From: an uncultured Prochlorococcus sp.
GTDB taxonomy: Bacteria; Cyanobacteriota; Cyanobacteriia; PCC-6307; Cyanobiaceae
Length of the DNA stretch: 64,000 bases
Assembly (NCBI GenBank): GCA_902538515.1
Contig: CACBFH010000002.1
Coordinates: forward strand, 20,893 to 84,892
Reading direction: 5' to 3'
Positions within the stretch are counted from its first letter, which is position 1. Each line of letters starts with the position of its first letter. Below the pieces are notes generated by a model. It was not told the DNA's origin. It was given only the letters and a program-made list of their open reading frames with translations, and did no database searches. Positions 19,110 through 31,200 of the stretch are shown here, in pieces. The position numbers and the translations under genes were made by a program.

Positions 19110-19816
19110 GTTTTAGATTCTTTTTTAGAGAATCCCCAAATGAAAGCAAAAAGAATCAAAATATAAAAATAATAGTCTGGAAGAATAGACTCTTTAATTA
19201 AAGTATTTAGTAAAAGCTTGATCCCAACAATCAAAATTGCTACGTAACCAGCTGTTTCTAATCTAGAAAATATATCCAGAAGTTTTAGAAAAATCCCCGA
19301 TGTGAATCTTAATGCTAATACTCCAATTACTGCTCCAAATATAATTAATATATATTGATCGCTTATTGCTACTGCAGTAGTAATACTGTCTATAGAAAAT
19401 GCAAAATCAGTAATTGAGAGAAGTGCTACAACTTTTAAGAACCTAAAATTATTTTTTTTATTATCTATATCATTTTCAGCGTTTTCTACATCTGAATTTA
19501 AAAAAACATTAGAGAAGAATAAGTATATTAAATAAAAGCCAGCAAAAACCCTAATAAGAATAAATTTAAGAAGAACATTAGATAATATGATAAGAATAAT
19601 TCTAAATAATAAAGATATTGTTATACCAATATTTAAGGCTCTTGACCTTAATTCTGAACTGTCGAGGGATTTAGTAAGAGAAGCTAGTGCTACAGCATTA
19701 TCTGCCGATAATAATAATTCTAGAGCAATTAATATTGGTAAAAGTGTAAAGATTTCATACCAGCTGTCTACCTGATCTAGTGTGGGTATAAAAGAATTTA
19801 TAGCGGCTGAATCCAT
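19106..19816 (-). CDS. TerC family membrane protein
   Basis: LELLLSADNA and DFAFSIDS motifs. Confidence 0.9.
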   Translation of the reverse strand: MDSAAINSFIPTLDQVDSWYEIFTLLPILIALELLLSADNAVALASLTKSLDSSELRSRALNIGITISLLFRIILIILSNVLLKFILIRVFAGFYLIYLFFSNVFLNSDVENAENDIDNKKNNFRFLKVVALLSITDFAFSIDSITTAVAISDQYILIIFGAVIGVLALRFTSGIFLKLLDIFSRLETAGYVAILIVGIKLLLNTLIKESILPDYYFYILILFAFIWGFSKKESKT

Positions 19817-19890
19817 CTAATATTATTCACAATCAGTATAAAATCTAATATAATGTATCGGATATTTGTAATCAAGATTGATAACTATAA

Positions 19891-22800
19891 ATGAGTTTAA
19901 ATACTTTAGTTAATTATATTTCGAACTCACAAATTACTTCTGAATTAATAAAAAGAATTTCAAAAAATAAACAATTAAATATTGTTGGTTCAAGTAGATA
20001 TGCAAAATCAATTATTTTAAATAGCATCGCAAAAAAAGAGGAAAAAAATATATTATTAATTTGTCCTAATGTAGAAATTGCCTACAAATGGATTGGTTAT
20101 TTTGAAAGTATAAATGATAAAGCCGTTTTATATTATCCTCCAACAGAACATCTACCATACTCATCAATTAATAAGTCCAAAGAAATTGAATTTAGTCAGC
20201 TTACTGTTTTATCTAAATTAATAAAAAAAGAGAGAAATAAACTTAATATTGTTATATCAACGGAGAGATCACTACAACCTCATCTAATAAATAAAAACTT
20301 ATTAATTGAAAACAAGTTAGATTTGCAAAAAGGGGATCAAATCGAGATTCAAAAATTAGCAAATAAACTAACTTTGCTTGGTTACACGAAGGATAATATA
20401 ACTTCAACAGAGGGATTCTGGAGTAGGAGAGGGGAAATAATAGATATTTATCCTGTCAATAATGAGTTTCCTATAAGATTAGAATTTTTTGATAATGTAA
20501 TTGACAAAATAAGAGAATATGATCCCCATACACAGAAAACATTAGGAAGTATCAATAATATTGAAATAATACAGGCAGGATTTGATTTACTAATAAAAGA
20601 TAAGTTAAATAATTTTTCTAAGAACTGTATTTTTAATTCAGAAGATATAAATAAAAATAATCTTGATCGTTATTTAGGAATAATTGAAAAACAACCCTCA
20701 AATATAATAGATTTTATTGATAGGGAAACAATTCTTGTAATTGATGAATTAGAAGATTGTAAAAAATTTGCAAATAATTGGTATCTAGATTCAGAAAGTA
20801 ATTTTGATAATTGTGAGTATGAATTAAATGAGAACCTTAAAAATAATGAAATTAATTTAGAGGCCAAACCTAATTTACATTTAAAGTTTGACGAAATATT
20901 AAATTCACTAGGAAATTTTAATTTGATAAAATTTTATGAATTTGAATCTAAAGTCAATATTGATAATAAGTTTTTATTAAATGATAAAAGAATAAATTCA
21001 TACTCTAAAAATATAGGAAAATTATCCAATGATATAAATAAAAATATAAAAAATAATGAAAAAGTATGGATATTATCAGCACAGCCATTGAGAACTAGGA
21101 CTTTACTTTTTGAGCACGAATGTAATACAAACTTCTTAAACAACCCTAATGATATTGATGAAGCATTTAAGTCAATTAATAATTCAACTCCTTTAATTTT
21201 AAAAAATAAGAACAATTATGAAATCGAGGGTTTTTATCTTCCGATATGGAAAGTTTTCCTTATAACAGATAAAGAATTATTTTCACAACAATCTCTTTTT
21301 AATAATGTATTCATAAGAAGAAAAAAAAGAAGTGTAAATTCAAATATAAATTTAAATAAGATTAGTCCCGGTGATTTTATAGTTCATAAAAATCATGGAA
21401 TAGGAAAATTTTTAAAAATAGAAAAAACAAATATAACTGGAGATTCAAGAGATTATTTAGTAATTCAGTATCAGGATGGGAAGATAAGTGTTGCCGCTGA
21501 TCAACTTGGTAGTGTTAACAGATATAGATCAAGCGGAAAAATAAAGCCAAAAATAAATAAATTAGGAGGGACGGAATGGGAAAGAATAAAAGATAAAAAT
21601 AAGAAACAAATCAAAAAAGTTGCTGTCGATATTTTAAAACTTTATGCAAAGAGAGAAAAATTAAAGGGGTACATTTACCCAGAAGATGGTCCTTGGCAAG
21701 ATGAATTAGAGGAATCATTCCCTTATCAACCAACACCTGATCAAATTACAGCTGTAGAAGAAATAAAATCTGATATGGAAAGCGATAAGCCAATGGACAG
21801 GCTAGTTTGTGGAGATGTAGGATTTGGCAAAACAGAGGTCGCTGTTCGGGCTATTTTTAAGGCTATTACATCAGGCAAACAGGTAGTATTACTAGCACCC
21901 ACAACAATCCTAGCTCAGCAACATTGGAGAATAATAAGCAATCGATTCTCACCTTACCCAATAAAAGTATCATTACTCAATAGATTCAAAACCGTTAAAG
22001 AGAGAAAGGAAATCTATACAGGTTTGAAAAATAACAAAATTGATTTAGTTGTAGCAACGCACCAAATTTTAGGAAAAGAAATAGAAATTAAAAACTTAGG
22101 ACTACTTGTTATTGATGAAGAACAAAGATTTGGAGTAAGGCAAAAGGAAAAAATCAAAAAAATCAAAAACAACATAGACGTTTTAACTCTCTCAGCAACT
22201 CCAATTCCAAGAACTCTTTATATGAGCTTATCTGGACTGAGACAAATGAGCTTACTAAATACTCCTCCTCCATCAAGAAGATCAATAAAAACATATTTAA
22301 CTGAAATAGATATGGATGTTATAAGAACTGCAATTAATCAAGAACTTGATAGGGGAGGTCAAATTTTTTATGTTCTTCCAAGAATTTCTGATATTGATCA
22401 AGCAGTAAACAAATTAAAAAATATGTTTCCAAGCTTAAAATTTATTGTTGCTCATGGGCAAATGAACGAAACAGAGCTTGAAAATGCAATGATTGCTTTT
22501 AATAATGGAGAAGTAGATCTAATGATATGCACAACAATAATTGAAAGTGGATTAGACATCCCTAAAGTAAATACAATTATTATTGAAGATTCTCACAAGT
22601 TTGGTTTGTCACAACTTTATCAACTTAGAGGAAGAGTTGGAAGAAGTGGTGTACAAGCACATGCTTGGCTATTTTATCCAAATATAAATAAAATTAATGA
22701 CGCTGCAAAACAAAGATTAAAAGCAATAAAAGATTTTTCCGAACTAGGAAGTGGATACCAACTTGCAATGAAAGATATGGAGATAAGAGGTGTTGGAAGT

Positions 22801-23400
22801 TTATTAGGAGAAGAACAGAGTGGGAAGGTTAATGCTATTGGATATGATTTATATATAGAAATGCTTCATGAGGCTATTTCAGAGATCAGTGGGCAAGAAA
22901 TACCTGAAGTTAATGACACTCAAATTGATCTTCCAATAAATGCATTTATACCTGCAACATGGATATTAAACAAAGAAGAGAAGCTTGAGGCTTACAAATC
23001 TGCTACTGAATGTTCAAATAATGATGAATTAACTGAATTAGCTACAGACTGGATGAATAGATATGGAAACTTACCCAAACCTGTTGAGTCCTTAATTATG
23101 ATAATGAAACTAAAATTACTAGCTAAAAAATGTGGTTTTAATAAGATCAAGCTCAAAAAGCCAAACATTTTGATAGAGACAAAATTAAAAAATTCTACTT
23201 TTAAAATTCTTAAAAATTCTTTGGCAAGTAGTGTTCAAAATAAATTTAATTTTAATGAAGGCGAACAATTATCAATCATCACTATAAGAGGTTTAGGTGC
23301 AACTGAAATTCAAAATCAAATTGATCAACTAATTTTGTGGTTCGGTTCTTTTGAAAGAGAAATAAAGAATTTCGATAAAGAACATATTAAAAGAGAATAA
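19891..23400 (+). CDS. mfd: Transcription-repair coupling factor
   Basis: CarD-like VHKNHGIG, GDVGFGKT, DEEQRFGV, QLRGRVGR, TRCF tail. Confidence 0.97.
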   Translation: MSLNTLVNYISNSQITSELIKRISKNKQLNIVGSSRYAKSIILNSIAKKEEKNILLICPNVEIAYKWIGYFESINDKAVLYYPPTEHLPYSSINKSKEIEFSQLTVLSKLIKKERNKLNIVISTERSLQPHLINKNLLIENKLDLQKGDQIEIQKLANKLTLLGYTKDNITSTEGFWSRRGEIIDIYPVNNEFPIRLEFFDNVIDKIREYDPHTQKTLGSINNIEIIQAGFDLLIKDKLNNFSKNCIFNSEDINKNNLDRYLGIIEKQPSNIIDFIDRETILVIDELEDCKKFANNWYLDSESNFDNCEYELNENLKNNEINLEAKPNLHLKFDEILNSLGNFNLIKFYEFESKVNIDNKFLLNDKRINSYSKNIGKLSNDINKNIKNNEKVWILSAQPLRTRTLLFEHECNTNFLNNPNDIDEAFKSINNSTPLILKNKNNYEIEGFYLPIWKVFLITDKELFSQQSLFNNVFIRRKKRSVNSNINLNKISPGDFIVHKNHGIGKFLKIEKTNITGDSRDYLVIQYQDGKISVAADQLGSVNRYRSSGKIKPKINKLGGTEWERIKDKNKKQIKKVAVDILKLYAKREKLKGYIYPEDGPWQDELEESFPYQPTPDQITAVEEIKSDMESDKPMDRLVCGDVGFGKTEVAVRAIFKAITSGKQVVLLAPTTILAQQHWRIISNRFSPYPIKVSLLNRFKTVKERKEIYTGLKNNKIDLVVATHQILGKEIEIKNLGLLVIDEEQRFGVRQKEKIKKIKNNIDVLTLSATPIPRTLYMSLSGLRQMSLLNTPPPSRRSIKTYLTEIDMDVIRTAINQELDRGGQIFYVLPRISDIDQAVNKLKNMFPSLKFIVAHGQMNETELENAMIAFNNGEVDLMICTTIIESGLDIPKVNTIIIEDSHKFGLSQLYQLRGRVGRSGVQAHAWLFYPNINKINDAAKQRLKAIKDFSELGSGYQLAMKDMEIRGVGSLLGEEQSGKVNAIGYDLYIEMLHEAISEISGQEIPEVNDTQIDLPINAFIPATWILNKEEKLEAYKSATECSNNDELTELATDWMNRYGNLPKPVESLIMIMKLKLLAKKCGFNKIKLKKPNILIETKLKNSTFKILKNSLASSVQNKFNFNEGEQLSIITIRGLGATEIQNQIDQLILWFGSFEREIKNFDKEHIKRE

Positions 23401-23472
23401 ATTATTAAATAATTATTCAAAATTCGCGAATCAGTTTGATTTCGGTTAGTTTAAAAAAAATTTATTTATTTT

Positions 23473-23634
23473 ATGGGTGAATATATAGACGTAGGGATCC
23501 AAACTTCAATTCTACCCTTATCAATAATTCTTTCATCAATTGTACTTGGCATTTTTGCATTATTTGGAGAAGAGACAGAAAATGATGATGATGACTCTGA
23601 TTCAGGAAGTGGTGGCCTAATGCAACCAATTTGA
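23473..23634 (+). CDS. Small membrane protein with acidic tail, 53 aa
   Basis: MGEYIDVGIQTSILPLSIILSSIVLGIFALFGEETENDDDDSDSGSGGLMQPI*; not in ORF track. Confidence 0.7.
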   Translation: MGEYIDVGIQTSILPLSIILSSIVLGIFALFGEETENDDDDSDSGSGGLMQPI

Positions 23635-23636
23635 AA

Positions 23637-24005
23637 TTATCTATAAACAATTCGTTTTGACTTTCTCTTAAAAACTCTTAATAACCTATTAACTGAACCT
23701 ATCATAAAAATAAGTGCGGTAAAAGAAGATACAAAAATAAAAATCACCAAAAATATCTCATAGAGATATAAAAAGAGATCGATTAATAATAAAAAAGATT
23801 TATTAAATGTCGAAGGTAGATTTTGTAACAGCAAATTTTTATTAGGAATTAAATAATTTATAAAAACTAATAAAACACTCAAAATAAACAAAAAGAAAGA
23901 TTCAGTAAATAGTCTTCTTTTAGATTTTCTTCTTAAATTTAATTTTTTTTTAAAAATATATTTATCAGATTTAATATTCAAATTTGGGATGTTTAAATCT
24001 GCCAT
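23637..24005 (-). CDS. Hypothetical membrane protein
   Basis: 122 aa, basic N-terminus and two TM segments. Confidence 0.7.
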   Translation of the reverse strand: MADLNIPNLNIKSDKYIFKKKLNLRRKSKRRLFTESFFLFILSVLLVFINYLIPNKNLLLQNLPSTFNKSFLLLIDLFLYLYEIFLVIFIFVSSFTALIFMIGSVNRLLRVFKRKSKRIVYR

Positions 24006-24093
24006 AAATCAAAGCTCAAAGAATAAATTTGAATAACTCTGAAAAGAAATTAACCTATAGTACCGTGTTTGAATATATAATGCTAATTGCTCT

Positions 24094-24684
24094 TTATTCA
24101 GGATTTATAAATTCTTTTTTTTCTATATTTTCAACTGGACTATAAAAATAAATAAAAGAAGAAGAGAATAGAATTAAAGAGCAAATTGCAATAAACGGTG
24201 GAATAAAGAAATTAAAAAAATTAACTTTTTTAATTAAACCAAATCTTAATTTTTTAGAAATGTCAGAAGGTATATCAGTTTTTTTTATTCTTACTTTTGG
24301 CGATTCATTTAACTGATCAAAACAATTTATGGTATCTGAAAGCAATGAATTACCAATCTTTAAAACTAAAGGCTTTACATTTGGCTTAGAGCTCTTGAGA
24401 ACAATATTGTGCATATGGAGATTATCGGCTTTTATATCGATTAATTTTGACTGATATATTGGGATTTCGTTTTTGATTAAAAGATTTGAATAAACATAAA
24501 AAGCATCCATAATAGGCCCCAAATGTTCAATTTTTCCTTCAATAAGTGGTTTATCAACAATAGCTAATTTCCATTGAGAAATTATAGATATTTGATCATT
24601 ATTTTCATTATTGGAATAATCGGGCAATCCGATTATTTCTAGACTTGCTGAAGATTGATGAAATGACAATTTATTTTGCATCAT
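24094..24684 (-). CDS. DUF4335-like protein
   Basis: LEIIGLPDYS N-terminal motif, C-terminal TM, adjacent to DUF3038-like gene. Confidence 0.7.
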   Translation of the reverse strand: MMQNKLSFHQSSASLEIIGLPDYSNNENNDQISIISQWKLAIVDKPLIEGKIEHLGPIMDAFYVYSNLLIKNEIPIYQSKLIDIKADNLHMHNIVLKSSKPNVKPLVLKIGNSLLSDTINCFDQLNESPKVRIKKTDIPSDISKKLRFGLIKKVNFFNFFIPPFIAICSLILFSSSFIYFYSPVENIEKKEFINPE

Positions 24685-24685
24685 A

Positions 24686-25210
24686 TTAAAAAATATATAG
24701 AAAATTTTTCAACTTTTGATAACCCTGATTTGAAATGCAAAAAGATAAAATAAGCAAAGATTTTATGATAATCTCATCATTTTCAGCTTGATTTAAAAGC
24801 TTTTTCACTCTCATACTATCTATATTAAATCTCTCTTTAATCAACTCAATAAATCTCTTATTAAAATCATTCCAAATAACTGAATTCTCTTCAATATCTT
24901 CTTTAGATTTCAGTATCTCTCTGATATAAGGATATAAATATTTAGACATTTCAACTGTAATTCTAATTAAGGCATCGAATTCTTTAAGTTTAATATTATT
25001 AGTCACATAGGATTTTCTCAATGGATTATTATTCCTCAATTTCCAAATAGTCACTTTATTTGGTAAAACATTATTTAGATTAAGTCTATTTGATAAGGCG
25101 TAAAGGGACTGGATACCATTTAAGTCAATAGTTTCTAGTATTAATAATAATAAATCAAGCTTCTCTATAGATTTTCTTGATACCCGGTTTCCTCTAGTTA
25201 AAACTGTAAT
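24686..25210 (-). CDS. DUF3038-like protein; start uncertain (frame open upstream of GTG 25054)
   Basis: KLDLLLLILETIDLNG...LPNKVTIWKLRNNNPLRKS in one frame; ATT at 25210 is a tentative start. Confidence 0.65.
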   Translation of the reverse strand: MTVLTRGNRVSRKSIEKLDLLLLILETIDLNGIQSLYALSNRLNLNNVLPNKVTIWKLRNNNPLRKSYVTNNIKLKEFDALIRITVEMSKYLYPYIREILKSKEDIEENSVIWNDFNKRFIELIKERFNIDSMRVKKLLNQAENDEIIIKSLLILSFCISNQGYQKLKNFLYIF

Positions 25211-25249
25211 TGTTCTTTATTGGAATATGGACTAATTATAACAGAATTA

Positions 25250-25447
25250 TTAATCCATTTTTTGAAATAAATATGAATATAACTTATCTAGTTCTTCAAT
25301 AGTTAGCATTCCATAACTCCATAATAATATTGGTAATGGAGTGTTATTTTTTATAGATAATTTTATACCAAGTTCAATAGTAGATTCATCTAAACCTAAT
25401 ACATTGAATAAATAAATTATCATTTCTTTGGATACATAATTATTCAT
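25250..25447 (-). CDS. DUF2949 family protein
   Basis: PLPILLWSYG.LT.EELD motif. Confidence 0.85.
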   Translation of the reverse strand: MNNYVSKEMIIYLFNVLGLDESTIELGIKLSIKNNTPLPILLWSYGMLTIEELDKLYSYLFQKMD

Positions 25448-25452
25448 TTATT

Positions 25453-26607
25453 TTATTTAATACTTGAGTAAATGATAGATTTAGTCATTTGATTTAGAAC
25501 TAATTTTCTTGTAAAAAGAAATTTATTTAAAAGTAAAAATGAAAATTTCCTAATTGGAAATAAAAAAACATTTCTATTAGCAAAAATTGATATCAATGAG
25601 TCAGTTATAAAAATAGTGAAGATAATATCTAAAATCCTGTTTGAAAAAAACCTAAATTTTAAAAATATCAATTGCATTTTAGTAATAGCAGTATTTTTAT
25701 TAAAAAGATCATAAATAGTATTAACATCTCTCCAGCAAGTATTTAGACCCTGACCACCAACAGGATGAAATGTATGAAATGCATCTCCTACAAAAAGTAA
25801 TTTTTTAAAATTTAAAACTGGTAAATTTATGGATAATGAAACAGGAAAAATATTAAATTCGCCAATTATTTGATCCAACTTAAATTCATCTGGCAAGATT
25901 GTTGATAAATTATCCATTAAAAAATTCTTATCAGAATTTAACCTTTCAATTGCCTTTAATGTACTGGAAGTCCAAATTACTTGATATAAATTTTTTTCTA
26001 AAGGTAATAATGCAAGTGGGCCCTCTTTTCTAAAAATTTCATAAGCACGCTTTTCACAATGACCTCTAAGAGAAACTTTAAAAGTTAAACAAGACTGACT
26101 ATAAGATTTTTTTATATCAACAAAATCTAAGGATTTTTTATCAAGTGAGTTTGCTCCCGTTGAAAAGAATTGATAATCAAATAAAATTTTTTTACGTAAT
26201 AATCTTTTTGGTGACGTAAAAAAAATATTTTCATAATTATCAATCTCTTGAAAAAATACGTTCATGAGATCCGAATGTTTAACTACCCAGCCGATATTTT
26301 CAGCAGAACTTATGTCATCATCCAAATCAGAAGTTGATAAATTGGCAAAAGCAGAAGTTACACTATCTGAAATTAAAAGGGTATCAAAGCCAAATAAAAA
26401 TGGCTCTAATTTTTCCCAAAGTCTGAATTTAGATAAGATTTTTCTTGTTGAGTGAGTAATTGCATAAGTTTTATCTTTATCAATTAATCTATCTTTTGTT
26501 AATAAATCAGTTAAAAAAATATTGCAATCAAATTTTGAAAGTGCAATTGAAAGTAACAAACCTGTGGGACCTGACCCAACAATTTTAAAATTAAATTTTT
26601 TTTTCAT
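25453..26607 (-). CDS. FAD-dependent monooxygenase (UbiH/Coq6-like)
   Basis: GSGPTG, GPLALLPL, GDAFH.FHPVGGQGLN. Confidence 0.88.
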   Translation of the reverse strand: MKKKFNFKIVGSGPTGLLLSIALSKFDCNIFLTDLLTKDRLIDKDKTYAITHSTRKILSKFRLWEKLEPFLFGFDTLLISDSVTSAFANLSTSDLDDDISSAENIGWVVKHSDLMNVFFQEIDNYENIFFTSPKRLLRKKILFDYQFFSTGANSLDKKSLDFVDIKKSYSQSCLTFKVSLRGHCEKRAYEIFRKEGPLALLPLEKNLYQVIWTSSTLKAIERLNSDKNFLMDNLSTILPDEFKLDQIIGEFNIFPVSLSINLPVLNFKKLLFVGDAFHTFHPVGGQGLNTCWRDVNTIYDLFNKNTAITKMQLIFLKFRFFSNRILDIIFTIFITDSLISIFANRNVFLFPIRKFSFLLLNKFLFTRKLVLNQMTKSIIYSSIK

Positions 26608-26626
26608 CAGATTATATAAGCATCAA

Positions 26627-27268
26627 CTATTTATTCAAATAAATATAGCAAATTTCCTCAAATGCTGGTCTTAATAAATAAGGGTACTCACCAACCCATA
26701 AGTTAATTTCAGGAAGCCAAGCATCGGTCAAATAAAAATCTCTGTCAAAATTACGGTTATCAGATGTTATTAAACATCTAATACTAGAACCAATCCTAAT
26801 TTGACTGTGCTTATTTTCCATAGGAAAACTTAATTTTTCCAAATAACCATCTTCATCTTCTAATTCAAGTACTAACCAAGTCCTTTTGTTTTCAATAACT
26901 TCTAATCGACCTTGCCTATTAGATTGTTCTCTTGAACTTTCAATCTTTTCAGTTTTATAGATATCTGATATATAGCCATCGAATATAGAAAAAAATTTAT
27001 ATTTTCTTAATTTCAAATTTTTTCTACTTGATTCAAGAATTGGGCCCCAGATTATATACAAAAAGAAACCTACACAGAGTAATAACCAGAAATTATTAGT
27101 TTGATCTCCAGTCGTACTAATGATTAATGAGATAAATCCACCAATTGAAGAAACTATTACTCTTTGAAGAATTTTTCTCGGATTCCCCAACGCGTACTTA
27201 AATTGACTTCCTGTACCAACTGCAGGAATAAGTTTTGAAATTTGATTTGAATTAATTGGAATTAACAT
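26627..27268 (-). CDS. Conserved cyanobacterial hypothetical membrane protein
   Basis: LIPAVGTGSQF and LWVGEYPYLLRPAF motifs. Confidence 0.8.
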   Translation of the reverse strand: MLIPINSNQISKLIPAVGTGSQFKYALGNPRKILQRVIVSSIGGFISLIISTTGDQTNNFWLLLCVGFFLYIIWGPILESSRKNLKLRKYKFFSIFDGYISDIYKTEKIESSREQSNRQGRLEVIENKRTWLVLELEDEDGYLEKLSFPMENKHSQIRIGSSIRCLITSDNRNFDRDFYLTDAWLPEINLWVGEYPYLLRPAFEEICYIYLNK

Positions 27269-27269
27269 T

Positions 27270-28118
27270 TTAAAAAATCAATTTTTCAAGTCCGTAAACT
27301 AAAGTTTCATAATTACCAATTTTTTTAATAGCCTGCACAACTCCTGGCATATACGCTTTTCTATCAATAGTGTCATGCTTAATTGTGTAAGTTTCACCTG
27401 GAGATCCCATAATTACTAACTGATGAGCGAGTAATCCTGGTAATCGTACAGAATGTATATTAATTCCTGAATCTCTGAGCCCACCCCGTACACCTTTCAA
27501 TGACTCAGACTCTTTTACTAAATTCTGATTAAATTTCTTTGGATATTCTTCAATCATTTCTGCAGTTTGTATACACGTACCGCTAGGAGAATCAGCTTTT
27601 TGATTATGATGCATCTCTATTAATTCAATATTGTCATAAAACCTTGCAGCTACCGATGCCGCCTGCTGAAGAAGAACCATACCAACTGAAAAATTAGGAA
27701 TTATTGCACATCCAACCGATGCTTTCTGAGCAAAAACAGACAAATCTTGTATTTGCGAAGGGCTTAAACCTGTAGTTCCTACAACTGGTGATACACCATA
27801 TGCAATAGCTGATCTGGTATTTTCATATACAGAATCAGGATGAGTAAAATCAACCAATACAGGTTTGATAGTTTCATTTCTATAATTTTGACTAACAGAA
27901 CATAAAGTCCCTTCAAAATCATTTGAAACAAAAACATCACAATTTTTTACCTTTAATAATTCAGAAATATTTGAACCATTGTTCTTTTCATTTATGTCGA
28001 TTGCTGCAACAAGTTCACAATCTGTAGAATTTAATACAGTATTAACAACTTCGCTACCCATTCTGCCTAAAGCTCCGGAAACTAGTACTGGTATTGGTTT
28101 TTTAGAATTTTCAATCAT
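27270..28118 (-). CDS. dapB: 4-hydroxy-tetrahydrodipicolinate reductase
   Basis: [26 protein letters not shown]. Confidence 0.97.
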   Translation of the reverse strand: MIENSKKPIPVLVSGALGRMGSEVVNTVLNSTDCELVAAIDINEKNNGSNISELLKVKNCDVFVSNDFEGTLCSVSQNYRNETIKPVLVDFTHPDSVYENTRSAIAYGVSPVVGTTGLSPSQIQDLSVFAQKASVGCAIIPNFSVGMVLLQQAASVAARFYDNIELIEMHHNQKADSPSGTCIQTAEMIEEYPKKFNQNLVKESESLKGVRGGLRDSGINIHSVRLPGLLAHQLVIMGSPGETYTIKHDTIDRKAYMPGVVQAIKKIGNYETLVYGLEKLIF

Positions 28119-28220
28119 TTTTTTTAAAAAATTTTTTTTAAAGGTTGTTACACGCTATTTATATTGCACACAATAACGTCCTTTCACTCGTAGGCTGGTA
28201 GAAATACTTAAAGAAAATCA

Positions 28221-31200
28221 ATGTTTACGCAGGTCCGCTCAGCAAACCGCAGAGTATCTCCTGTTGAGGATAACAAACACAAAGTTGTAATAAAAGCAGT
28301 TTATGTTGTCCTTGAGCCACAATACCAAAATTCCTTAACGGAAGCTGCAAAGTCAATAAATAAGATGAATGGACCAATAGGTATAGACCTTAGCGGCTAT
28401 CTTATCGAAGAACTTAGAAATGATAGTAATTTTGAAGATTTTAAAGAAGACATAGCTAATGCAGATATTTTTGTTGCCTCTCTAATTTTTATTGAAGACC
28501 TTGCTCAAAAAGTAGTTGATGCAGTATCTCCATTTAAAGACAAACTTAAAGCATCAATTGTTTTCCCCTCGATGCCAGAGGTAATGAGATTAAATAAGCT
28601 GGGTTCATTTAGTATGGCCCAACTTGGTCAATCTAAAAGTATTATTGGAGATTTAATAAAAAAGAAAAAAGAATCTGATGGAGCAAGTTTCCAAGATTCC
28701 ATGTTGAAGTTATTAAATACACTGCCTTCAATACTTAAATATCTACCAGTAGAAAAAGCTCAAGATGCTAGAACATTTATTCTGAGTTTTCAGTACTGGT
28801 TAGGTGGTACCACTGAAAACTTAAAAAACTTCTTATTAATGATTTCTGAAAAGTACGCTGTTTCAGAGATCATAAAAGATCAAATAGAAGAATTCAAAAT
28901 TCAAGACCCTGAAACATTCCCAGATTTAGGGATTTGGCATCCTCTTGCTCCTTGCATGTTTGAAAGTCTTAAAGAATATCAAAATTGGGAAAATAATAGG
29001 AAAGATACAAATCCTAAAGATGACAAAACTCCAACAATAGGATTAGTGCTTCAAAGGAGTCATATCGTTACTGGAGATGATGCTCATTACGTTGCTGTTA
29101 TTCAAGAATTGGAATACAGAGGTGCAAGAGTATTACCTATCTTCTGTGGAGGTCTAGATTTTTCTAAACCAGTTAATGAATTTTATTATGATTCCATAAA
29201 TAAGAATCAACCTATAGTAGATGGAGTTGTATCTCTAACAGGATTTGCACTGGTTGGTGGGCCAGCGAGACAAGATCATCCTAAAGCTATTGAATCCCTA
29301 AAAAGGTTAAACAGACCCTATATGGTTGCACTTCCATTAGTCTTCCAAACAACAAAAGAATGGGAAGATAGTGATCTAGGTTTACACCCTGTCCAGGTAG
29401 CACTTCAGATCGCAATCCCAGAACTTGATGGTGCTATTGAACCGATTATTCTCTCAGGTCGTGATGATGCTACAGGTAAGGCGCATACGCTCCAAGATCG
29501 AGTTGATGTGATAGCTGAAAGAGCAATAAAATGGTCAACTTTAAGAGTTAAACAAAGAAAGGATAAAAAATTAGCCATCACAGTATTTAGTTTTCCACCA
29601 GACAAAGGAAATGTTGGTACTGCTGCGTACTTGAATGTTTTTGGTTCAATTTATAGAGTACTTCTTGAAATGAAATCAAAAGGATATCAAATAGATGAAC
29701 TTCCAAGTAATTCAAAAGAATTAATGGAAAAAGTAATTAATAACCCTGAAGCGATGAATGGCTCTCCAGAGTTAAATATTGCTCATAAGATGTCAGTAAA
29801 AGAATACGAAGAGTTCACACCATATTCAAAAAGACTTGAAGAAAATTGGGGTAAACCTCCTGGAAACCTTAATAGTGACGGACAAAACCTCCTTATCTAT
29901 GGAAAACATTTTGGGAATGTTTTTATAGGAGTTCAACCTACATTCGGTTATGAAGGTGATCCCATGAGATTGCTCTATTCAAGAAGTGCTAGTCCTCATC
30001 ATGGTTTTGCTGCTTATTACACATATGTAGAAAAAATCTGGGGGGCTGATGCTGTTCTTCATTTTGGAACTCACGGCTCACTCGAATTTATGCCTGGGAA
30101 GCAGATGGGCATGAGTGAAACTTGCTATCCGGATTCTCTCATTGGATCATTGCCAAATTTGTATTACTATGCTGCTAATAACCCATCTGAAGCAACAATT
30201 GCGAAGAGAAGAGGATATGCATCAACTATCAGTTATCTGACTCCTCCAGCGGAAAATGCAGGATTATACAAAGGACTTAAAGAACTAAGTGAACTAGTTG
30301 GTTCTTATCAACAATTAAGAGAAAATAGCAGGGGTATTCAAATTGTTAATGCAATAGTTGAGACTTCTAAACAATGTAACCTTGACAAAGATGTAGAGCT
30401 TCCTTCAAAAGACATAGAAGAACTTTCAATAGATGAAAGAGATTTATTTGTTGGTAATGTCTATAAACAGTTGATGGAAATTGAAAGTAGATTGTTACCT
30501 TGCGGTCTTCATACTATTGGAGAAGCTCCAACAGCAGAAGAAGCTGTAGCAACACTTGTAAATATTGCTTCTTTAGAGAGAGAACAAGAAGGATTAAGAT
30601 CTCTTCCTGGATTACTCGCAGAATCCATTGGTCTAACTATTGAACAAATTTTTGATGGTAATAATAAAGGTGAACTTCAATTTGTAGAGTTAAATGAAAA
30701 AATTATAAAGACAGCAAGAGAGTCGATTTTTGCGATGGTCAACTCTCTAAAAATTGTTGATGGCAGAGTTTATTTAGAAAAATCACTTCTTACCAAACTT
30801 TTCGATTTATTTAAAATTTTTGGTCTAAATCTACCTACCCCTTGGCTAAGAGTCTGTAGATTAAATGGATTTAATGAAGTTAATCAGAAGGAATTAAATA
30901 AATTATTTGATTACTTACTTTTCTGCCTGGAACAGGTATGCGCAGACAAAGAAATGGATAGCCTCATTAAAGCACTAGATGGAAATTATGTTTTACCTGG
31001 ACCAGGTGGAGATCCCATAAGAAATCCAGGTGTTTTGCCTAGTGGTAAAAATATCCATGCACTTGATCCTCAATCAATCCCAACTACAGCAGCAGTAGCT
31101 GCAGCGAAGTCTGTTGTTGACAAATTAATTGAAAGACAAAAAGAAGAGCAAGGAACTTGGCCTGAAACAATAGCTTGTGTTTTATGGGGTACTGATAACA

